Part shown: positions 1-8,799 of the stretch, one piece after another
Numbering within the stretch: position 1 is the stretch's first letter
How the letters are laid out: each line of letters opens with the position of its first letter
Source of the DNA: Takakia lepidozioides
Taxonomy: Eukaryota; Plantae; Bryophyta
Assembly (NCBI GenBank): GCA_030704615.1
Contig: CM060733.1
Span: 43,400,001-43,464,000 of the forward strand
DNA length: 64,000 nt
Direction: 5' to 3'
Translations under genes and position numbers: made by a program
Notes under the pieces: generated by a model
What the model saw: only the letters and a program-made list of their open reading frames with translations
Told to the model about the DNA's origin: nothing
Databases searched by the model: none

Positions 1-420
1 GAAAACCGCTTGGCAAATCCTCCGGCATCACATCATGGTATTTCTCCAAAATCCCCTTGATCCAATATGGGCTCGGCTCTCCATCGCCTTCTCCCTTCAC
101 TTCTCTAATGTAGAGCAAAAACTGGGGCTCGTATGCCTCCTCCACGACCCACTCTCTTGCTGACAGAAGGTTTATTCGCCCTCCCACGGGTTTGGGCGTT
201 TCCGAAACTCGTAAGACCTCGCCACCATTCCAACATGGCAGCGTGACTACCCTCTTGCGGCCATCTATGACCGCTCCAGATTTGCTCAAAAAGGTCATCC
301 CCAAAATGAGATCCACTCCATCGATCTCGCAGACGGTGAAGTTCTCACGTCCCTCCCAACTCCCTAGTTGAAGAGGCATCGAACGCCAACCTCGTCGCCA
401 ATTGCGGTAAGGCGATTCGA
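1..420 (-). mobile_element. Ty3/gypsy pol fragment (C-terminal aspartic protease and pre-RT linker)
   Basis: The minus strand translates as ...PLQLGSWEGRENFTVCEIDGVDLILGMTFLSKSGAVID... (retropepsin DxILG motif) and later ...IKGILEKYHDVMPEDLPSGF, typical of gypsy pol just before RT. Confidence 0.75.
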
Positions 421-1399
421 TCCTCGGGGAGGATCGTTCCTTGGCCTTGAAGTAGGCCAAGAAGAGTGCACTGGGAGGAGCTGGAGAGGCTCCACCCTTG
501 GCCGGGACTTGGAGGAAGTCGGCCGAACTAGCTAGTGGAGAGTAGAGTCAAGTGTGGGGTTTGGTTCTTTGCCATGGGACGCCATGGTGCGGAAACAAAC
601 TCCTTGATGTGGGACGCCACAACTTGGATATTCGTTTCTACAAAATGGACAAGTCGATGAGGACATCGACTCCCTGTTGGTAGGGGTGTGTGTCGCGGCC
701 CTTTGCCTTGAGGGCAGGGGGTCGGGACGCATGAGGGGCTGCCCCTGTGGTGGGGGCAGCGGCAGCGATAGGTATGGGGGGGCTGAAGCACCCTTGAGTG
801 CCCAAGACACTCAAGGAGGCGGAGGCGCTCACTAGGTGGAGCCCCGCACACCGGGTTGCGGTGGGGGTGGCTCCACAAGGGGTGGTGGTAGCTTAGCGGG
901 ACTTAGTGGGGATGACATAGGACTCACCATGGGGGCGGAGACCTCGTGGTGGGAGTCGTGGGGAGTCTTGGGACTCATCACGGTCCATAGGGGCCGTGGT
1001 GAATGGGCCAAGACTCACCGCGACTCATCACCGGGAGTCGAGGGTTTTCGTGGTGGTTCGCCATAAAATGGCATGGCTGGTTGTGAAACCCCCGCGGACA
1101 GCTACAGAAGTATATATAAGGGGAGTAGTGACCCTGAGAACGGTGCAAGCCCGTTGGTGACCAAAAACTAGTGAGTAAGCGAGCGAGCCGGAAAGCGACC
1201 AAAGAGTGGGGAGCTGTTCCGGACTGCCATCTACCAAAGGGAATTCCACCAGGCCCAAATAGGTGGAGGGTTTAGTGGGAGAGCGAAGGGGACCGTTATG
1301 TCCCGGTGAGCAGCCGAAGCCCAAAGTTGGCCCGGGGCCAGGTTGGGAGTCAGGCGCACGCATCAAAGCGAGTAACTATGACTTGAAGGGGAGCTTACT

Positions 1400-1795
1400 G
1401 AAGTGAGGTGCGCGACACAACGCACGAGAAAGAGATGAAGGTGGTGGTGCATTGCCTTGAGCTTTGGCGCCACTATGTTGGTTCCAACCCGGTGAAGGTG
1501 TTCACGGACAATGTCACAGTGAAGTATTTTGCCACGCAACCTAAGTTGTTCCCAAAACAACTTAGGTGGCAAGACACTTTGGCGGTGTTCGAAGTGGATA
1601 TCTAGTACAAACCGAGACGAGACAATGTGGTGGCCAATGTTTTAAGTAGAAAGCAGCAGCTCATGTTAGTGTGCAAGGGCGAGATGACGCTCCAGAGGAA
1701 GATCCGGAAGGCTTATCGGAATGATGAGATGGCAAAATCCGTGATGCGGGACTTGAGGATGGGGGTTAAATCGCAGTTCCACTTGCAAAATGGAA
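1400..1795 (+). mobile_element. Ty3/gypsy RNase H to integrase-linker fragment (degenerate)
   Basis: TTHEKEMKVVVHCLELWRHYVGSNPVKVFTDNVTVKYFATQPKL...QLRWQDTL...DI*YKP..DNVVANVLSRK matches gypsy RNase H, with an in-frame stop at 1603-1605. Confidence 0.85.
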
Positions 1796-2078
1796 TGAGT
1801 ACACCTCCAATCGCGAAGTCCAACGCATCCGGATTTTCAGGACTGGAGCTTCCGCCATCCGCTACTTCAACTCGGCAAAAGCTTGGCCACAAAAGGTGTT
1901 CCATACCCATACCTTGGATTTACACAGAAGGTCTGGCGACGGCCCCGTGATCTTGGCGAAATTTCTCACATACTTTCGGTAATAGGAGGCAAGTCCTAAG
2001 AAGGATCGCACTCCCGGGACCGAAGTCGGAGGTTCCCAGTCCAAGATCGCCCTCACCTTTCTGTCATCCATTTTTATC
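1796..2078 (-). mobile_element. Ty3/gypsy RT thumb/connection fragment, inverted relative to the adjacent RNase H piece
   Basis: MDDRKVRAILDWEPPTSVPGVRSFLGLASYYRKYVRNFAKI...WVWNTFCGQAFAELK...DALDFAIGGVL. Confidence 0.9.
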
Positions 2079-2163
2079 CATGTCTACACACAAGACAACA
2101 TGAAGCACATATTAGTGAATCCCCAAAAATTCATCTAGAAAGAACAGTGCTTGAAACCTCCGA

Positions 2164-2189
2164 AAATGAGTGCGTTGACGCACTCATTT
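2164..2189. repeat. Intronic palindrome copy 1 (perfect 12-bp arms, 2-nt spacer)
   Basis: AAATGAGTGCGT-TG-ACGCACTCATTT. Confidence 0.9.
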
Positions 2190-3326
2190 CTGCAGGGGTG
2201 CAATTGAACTTCAAATGAAGCAGGTAAGATAATGTCGATTACCATTTGTCCGGGACAGTCGCCCTTTGTCAAGTACAGGCTGTTCACACCATTCCACGTT
2301 TTGATGATTTTCATCCCCGAGGCCTTGAGGTAGCTTGCAAGCTGCCGTCGACATTTCGTATTGACGGACTGGATCATTACAAGAACCCCTGCATCCGATA
2401 AAAAAAAATTGCAAAATGAAAAGACCCACCGCCGGTACCTCTCATCAAATGCATTCCATGTTGGGCAGGTGCCTGTGGGTAGATGTCCGGTACTGGCAGC
2501 CCATCCGGAATGTCCACAATCACCATGTCGGCACCACATGGTTTCTAAGTACCATTGACCCAACACTGCCCTTTCGAAACCTGAACATAGACAGACGACA
2601 ATATTAAATAACTATCCAAAATGAAAAACATTAACGGAGACAAACAGTGGGAATTGGCTTACCGACTCAAGGAATGTACACAGCTTGCCCCAAGTTCGAG
2701 AGGGTTCTCCAGTGTAACCAGATTTTCTGCTTTCCATCATGGCAAGGAACGAATCATTGACAAGCTCGCATTTATATTTTCGTTGGATTCTGGATGGGTG
2801 CTCCACTGCGTCGTATGGCTCAAACTTCCCCTTACGTTTTCGTTCCTTGTTTGCAATTGGGGTCTGCGCTACCTCACCCCCCGCAGTCTCCCCTTGGGTG
2901 GCCTTCTCCTTCCCTTTGTCCTTTGTACCCTTTCCCTTTCCCTTCCCTCTCGCAGGAGTTTTGTTGGCTGCGGGTTCCTTCTCAGCGAGGTTCCGCAGAT
3001 TCCTCTCATGCAATTCCTTGTCAGTTAGAGGGGCCAAAGACTCCGCATTGTCGTTCTGGTTCTGTGTCTGCAACTCATACCAGGGGCAATCTGATTTGGG
3101 AATGTCAAGATACCAGCAGCAGTCTTTTCAGGTGATATCTCCCGTAGTCTCTGAGGATGGCTGCAGTGTGCATGGTCTGACTGTTAGAGGGGTCAGACCA
3201 CAAGTCGATGAAGGCATGGTACTTTTTGAGGTTTTTCCCCAGAATGAGCACGTTCTTGATATACCTACAAAACAAAAGAGGTACAATTTTAGACATTGAA
3301 GGCAAAAAAACATATACTGCGGCCCT

Positions 3327-3359
3327 CCCAAAATGCGTGCGTCGACGCACACAGTTGGG
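3327..3359. repeat. Intronic palindrome copy 2
   Basis: CCCAAAATGCGTGCGTCGACGCACACAGTTGGG. Confidence 0.85.
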
Positions 3360-3537
3360 GTGCACATATACTTGAGCATGAGGCAACCGAAATACACTCA
3401 CATGTAACATATGTAAGAACAGGAGAAAACAAAGGGTTCCATATGCAGAAAGATATCCCATTCTCGGCAGACAGATATTCCATTCAGAACTGCCAACGAA
3501 ACAATGAAATCCATGATGGAGGAGAGAACACATCTGA

Positions 3538-3595
3538 GTTTGTGGCCCTCCAAAATTGCGTGCATTGGCGCACGCAGTTTTGCATGGCCACAAAC
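3538..3595. repeat. Intronic palindrome copy 3 with extended arms
   Basis: GTTTGTGGCC..CAAAATTGCGTGCATTGGCGCACGCAGTTTTG..GGCCACAAAC. Confidence 0.85.
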
Positions 3596-5404
3596 TGCCT
3601 GTCTACTGATTGCCAAAGATAGTTTTCAAACATAAAACAAATTAACGAACCTGTATAGGACCCTCTTCATGGCTCCCTCTGCCCCGTACTGCTGGTCAAA
3701 GTCATTTGTGCGGGAGATGCCTCCATCTCGGGAAAACTCTCTGAAGAAGCAGTTGCTCCAAGCAGTGGCCTTCCACTGCCTCAAGTAATCCTCCAGAGTG
3801 TCCTCGGGCACGGTCATGGTAATTTTGTAGTCATAAAGTTGTTTCTCCAGCACCTTGTTTGTACGAGTCTACAGGTATACATATGCATGGGTTAGATTCC
3901 ATGCGTGGGAAGATATTCTCAAAATTTCAAGCAAAGAAAGTCCTGAAAAGTACCTGGCTCCAGTAGGTGGCTTTGTGCAACCATGTATCGAGAACTTGGT
4001 CGCTGAAGGGTTTGATGTGCCCGGTGTTCTCATCTCTTTCACCCCTAGGGAAGCAATATGTATCCTTGACAATTGGGTCGGAATTCCAAATCTCCAACCA
4101 TTTCACTTTCTGCTTCCACTGCTGCAGTTGACAACCGGTGAAGCTTTTCTTGTGTCATCTCTGGTTTGGTGTTATTGTTCCAGTGGATCCTCACCTGGTT
4201 AAGGAACTCGGGACCAAAATCAGGGTCAGCTATTCTCAGCTACTTCACGAAAGCGCTCATGAGCTTCTTCCGTATCTCATTCATCGTAAACTTCATGGCT
4301 TCCGTCACTCCCTTGGACGTTCTCATACCCTCCGGGTTTTTCAAATAGTACTCTGCTTTTCCTTTCTCTCCAGCTTCAGCTATTTCTTGCTGCAAAACGT
4401 AATTTGGAATGAGATCACTTATTACTGACAATCACAATAGACAATGGAAGGCCAGAGCGATGGAATACTTACCGTGTACATGTACTCCATGAAAGCTTCC
4501 CTCATCAGCTTGTACCAGGTATCTGACGTTTTTGATGTCAAACATTTCTTGAATGACTCCGCACTCAGGATGCTCTTGAATGAATTGAGGGGCATCTGGC
4601 CGATATTCTGGATCCTGAATAATGTGTGAAGAAGGTTCATTGTCACATGGGCGGTTTCAGTTCCCCTGTCACATACAGTGGTATGTCGTCAGTGAGTGCT
4701 AAAAGCGAACAGACAGTCATAGGAAAAATGCGGACAATAAAAGATGAAGAAGACACCTACTTGTTAACGTCATGCATTGTCGTCAACAGTGTAGTGATGT
4801 TTCCCTTGGGATCCAGCACCATTGAGGCCACAGAGTAGTGCCACTCCTCCTCGGTGCTATGATATCTCTCGATCATGTTCCTCCAGGCAAGCAATCGGTG
4901 GTTGCCATCCCAAACACGAAACATCTTGCCTGAGAAAGGCTGGTTGACGAGCCTCTTGCAAATGATAGATTCAAACTCCTTGTTTATCTGTCGCCAGATA
5001 GGATCCCAGCCTCCAACAATGGACTTGTCCACCAACACCTCTCTGCCAGCTGAGTCCGCCAATGAGACGTAAAAAAATAGATTGACCCTTTATGTACCCA
5101 TGGCAAAAATCTTGTTCCAACTTTTGAATGTCATTCGTGAGAGCTGGTCTAACGAAGGGCATGGAGATCAAACGGCATAGGGGTATCAGTATTCTTCCCC
5201 TAGGGATGCCCATGGCCTTGATGACTTGGGCAGAATTCACTTTGGAGAAGTAAAACAGATCTTTCGCTCTGTCTTCATAGGGCCTCCTCCTCCTCAACAA
5301 CCACCATTTCCTGCTCAATCACTTCTTCCTCGACCTGAGTAGCACCTTTCCTTTTCTTCATCTGCACTCAAACCGATATATTATGAATGTAAAAGACGTC
5401 TTCA

Positions 5405-5978
5405 ACGCACGCAATTTTCTACCCTCTGAAAGGTACTCATTTCCTTGCCTATTTCATACCCAATGTCAATCTACTCTCTTCCATAAAAGTATGCTGCAGA
5501 CTGTTAATCAAATCTCGCTGTAGGCAGAAAAGTGAGTGTGAGAGAACCTCCAGAAACTGCGTGCGTTGACGCACGCAATTTCTGGGGGTTCTCTCATACT
5601 CACTTTGCGGAGTTTTCAGGGCTTCTATCGCTGTTAACATAGCACAACTGTAACTTCGGAGATAGGGTAATGATCGTTCGAGAAATGAGAGAAGGTCATA
5701 GAGAGAACCTTGACGCACGCAATTTCTGGAGGTTCTCTCTATGGCCTTCTCTCATTTCTCGAACTCTAATCTCACTACTCGGGATGGTACAACCATTATG
5801 AAATGTGAAAGTCTCTCCTCCTATGCAGTACATGAAAAGTGAGTAGTGGGTCACCCTCGGGTTTGGGTGTTATGCATTGCCTGCATCCCTGTGGTCTTAC
5901 TCTGAATGATCAAGCATAAAATAGCAGAAAAGAGGGCAAGAAAATTGCGTGCGCCACCGCACGCAATTTTCATGCCCT
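5405..5978. repeat. Cluster of four palindrome copies in intron 1
   Basis: Half site at 5405-5419; hairpin with 38-bp arms at 5529-5606; hairpin with ~35-bp arms and the left core deleted at 5676-5764; AGGGCAAGAAAATTGCGTGCG-CCAC-CGCACGCAATTTTCATGCCCT at 5933-5978. Confidence 0.9.
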
Positions 5979-7112
5979 GGAAACTCGACAGAAGATGGCA
6001 AGTAAGAGAATCACCTAAGGTCCTTTGGCCGAAGAACTCCCAGATGCCTTCGATGTAGCAACAATGGCGGCCGTCCTCCCAGTTTGGGCAGCCTTCTTAC
6101 CCTTCGGTGTCGCCTCCTCCTCCACGACGTTCTTCCCCTTCGGCGTGGATTCCTTCGCAAGAGCGTCTGCCCCGTCTGTGTCCATAGCGTCTGTGTCGTC
6201 CTCTAACGCAATTTCGTCCCCAACTTCATCAGGAACTGGCGGTTGGTCCTCCCGTGCCATGTGTTCGGTTTCCAGGGCTGCGCTCTCCTCTGCGATCTCC
6301 TTCAGTGTCATGTTCAGCTTGCGACCTTTCATTCTCTCTCTTGGCTTCTTCCTCTCTCGCGCTGAAGTAAAAAAGAATGATTGTCTTCTACACCTTCCAC
6401 TCTCTCGCGTAGAACTCTGTCTCCTGCTACCGCTGCTACAGCTTGAAAAACTACGATCTATTGGAATGAGAGACGTTGTGCAATGAGTAGCAGCCGGGGC
6501 ATCGCTTTCGGTGGTTATGCATGTATTCACTACATACGTGTCCCCCTCCTAACGGCACACTCGTCCATTCTTCAGTGGCCGCCGTCTTTCATTATGGAGG
6601 TATGGCCATCGCATGGATTTGATACGGATGGATGACTTATTTCAGTAGATTTTTTGGATTCTCCCGGTTTAACATCTTCCATTCGTTCGCCGCCGATTCC
6701 TCTTAAACCCTACACTCAATGAATTGTCGGGTTCCACGTGGCTGAACACATTGGGATGGCAGGGGATGTCGGTCTCCGTCGTCATTTCACATGGGTCGGT
6801 AAAGGCACATAACTGCTTACCAACTGTTTTATGAACTGTTTTGACAACTGTTTCTGAAAGGCTCTTTAACGGTATGTCAACTTTTAACATAGGTCTTGGC
6901 TGACCCTTCCAGAATGGTTTGGGACATAAATGACATGTTGTCCTTTGCCGACCTTGTTAGTTAAGGTGACGGACTTCTAGGTTTCGGTCTGAAACATAAA
7001 GCATGATAAATGTAATCCCCACTATCGTTTGTAGCAAGAATCCGCACAGAAGTTGTGGCTTCCGCACTTTGTGGCTTCCGCACTTCTGCGAGGGAATTTC
7101 TCTTGCAGCAAC

Positions 7113-8790
7113 ATGGCTTCCTCCGAAGCGGAGTTTTACTCTGTGGAGAAACCAGTACCTTTCTCGAAGGAGACCGATGACAATGGTTTTGCAATTGCGG
7201 AGGAACACCTCTTATCAACGTGTTTCGAGTTCCAGTATGGTACTGTGTGGCTCGAAAGAGAGGTTTACGGTGTCGATGGGAAGTTGATGAAGTATGCTTT
7301 CCAGAAACCGGATGAAAACGCACTTATGAGTCAGTGGAGAGTTCCTCCAGGAAGATACAAGGTCCTTAGAACTCCTTGCCGGCAGTCGATTGGTTCGTAT
7401 GTGACTTCCAAAAATTCCTTTTGTGGTTCTTTCTCCAGTGGTCGTGAACATTAAAAACTAGGTGAATGCATTGAGGATGGGCTCTGCTAACAGAGGGTAC
7501 GTTGATAATATTTTCGAGTTGAAGCGACGGAGCAGGTATGACTACATTCAAGAGAGAGTGTTCCCAGGTCAAGGGTCGAACAAAATGTACCTTTTCAAAA
7601 TGTCCACAGCCGGAGAGGGCAGCGGAGTCAGTCTTGTGAAGCGCATGCAGAAGGGTGGCGATCTTCAGAACTGTTTTCTTATGTTTGATCACGTCAAACG
7701 AGTGAAAGACTGGACTATAATGGCGTGTCATGTTTACGATCCTTTCTACCAGCGAGTCATGACAATTGCAGTGTGTGACATGCAATCAGAGGATGTGGAT
7801 TTGCAGCAGATAATGTGGAGAAGTCTCATTCGCTTTATGGACTCCCAAGATGTCCCATCTCCAAATTTCGCCGGATTTATGGCCGACAGTGCTCAAGTGA
7901 ATTTCAATGCTGTTCGCATTGTGTTTGGATCAGGAGATTCAAAGGTGCCAATGCCAGGAAGAGAGTGAACATGTCTTTTCCATTGGACCCAGTCCCTTGA
8001 GAAACATACAAAGGCAGACATCAAACCGGAAATGCAGCCTATTCATCTTAGGCTATGCAAACAATACAAAGATGCCAAAAGCATGGCAGAGGCGAATACA
8101 TTGTTCCAGACAATTCGTGCCTGGTGGTTCTCATCTGGGGCTGCATCAGAAGACAGTATGAGAGCGCTAGAAGAGTGGCTGACATTTTGGCACTTCCGGT
8201 ACAGACAATGAAGAACACGCATGACAACGGTGTGTGCATTTGAGAACTTGTAGATTTCATCGAATTTGTATCCATTTCCAATCATGTCTGTTGTGGTGGG
8301 GTGAGCCTGTCCTCTTTCTGATATATGTTTTTTTATTTTGCAACACTTCTCAATTGAAGAGATGGCAGACATGCCCTCTTGCAATCTGGCGGAGACAGTG
8401 CACAATGTATGGTTGCAGCAATCTGGAAAGCGGGACCAAGATTTGTATGTGGCGACGGCAAATGATCTGATTCGAGCTCTACTGCAACAGACGAGATATC
8501 AGGAATTCTTGCGGGGTAGCGTTGGTGGCAAGGGTCTGAACAAGTCCGAGTTGATGTTCCGAGTAGCAAGAAGATCAGGGGATCCGAACAAGATTGCTAG
8601 GGCTGTCAGCATGTGTGCGGAAGGAACTCCACTGGTGTCCAGAGTTCCCCATCTGGAGGGTGAGGAGAGATTCGGGTCTTACAAACAGAAATTGAACACC
8701 CCTCCTGGGTCGGATGCGAACTCCCACAGGCCGGGCAGAGACAACTTCTCCATGCCGTGTGCTCCATTTCATCAGAGGTTCATTTCCAAC
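7113..8790 (+). pseudogene. Mutator-like (MULE) DDE transposase, decayed
   Basis: FLMFDHVKR (D at 7687), GFMADSAQ (D at 7885), CLFHW (CxxH at 7972-7983) and PSCNLAETVHN (E at 8392) give the MULE D-D-CxxH-E order. Stops at 7966 and ~8209, a frameshift at ~7455, and a probable intron at ~8230-8343. Confidence 0.8.
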
Positions 8791-8799
8791 ATATCCAGT

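Larger units (their letters stand above)
2243..6332 (-). pseudogene. Spliced gene: acidic/lysine-rich N-terminus, ParB/Sulfiredoxin-like domain, helical region, C-terminal DNA amino-methyltransferase-like domain
   Basis: Approximate exons with GT/AG borders: 6332-6015, 5361-4761, 4665-4472, 4425-4197, 4121-3651, 3265-2662, 2580-2243. Motifs: RILIPLCRLISMPFVRP...MFRVWDGNHRLLAW (DGNHR at 4895-4909) and CELVNDSFLAMM...ADMVIVDIPDGLPVP...WN...YRRWVFSFCNFFLSDAGVLVMI...GMKIIKTW (DIPD at 2503-2514). Lesions: TAG at 6015-6017, an extra base in the A7 run at 5071-5077, TAG at 2545-2547, and a frameshift at ~2465. Confidence 0.65.
2080..8790. mobile_element. Decayed two-gene Mutator-like (MULE) DNA transposon: transposase plus divergent ParB/MTase-like accessory gene; both ends truncated by retroelements
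   Basis: Head-to-head genes are separated by ~0.8 kb. The transposase has DDE and CxxH motifs, and both genes show similar decay (stops and frameshifts). No TIRs are visible because gypsy (left) and LINE (right) sequences cut the ends. Confidence 0.65.

Noticed and set aside
480-1370. Overlapping GC-rich ORFs (e.g. 532-810 with Cys/His residues) as genes
   Set aside because: No recognisable domain; they lie between gypsy fragments and are probably retroelement-internal or LTR-derived sequence.
2164-5978. Palindromic repeats as a CRISPR array
   Set aside because: Spacing is irregular (150-2000 bp), the copies sit in spliceosomal introns, there are no cas genes, and the context is eukaryotic.
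2080-6530. Bacterial contamination or recent horizontal transfer of a parB-methylase locus
   Set aside because: The gene has multiple GT-AG introns with consistent phases and is embedded among plant retroelements.
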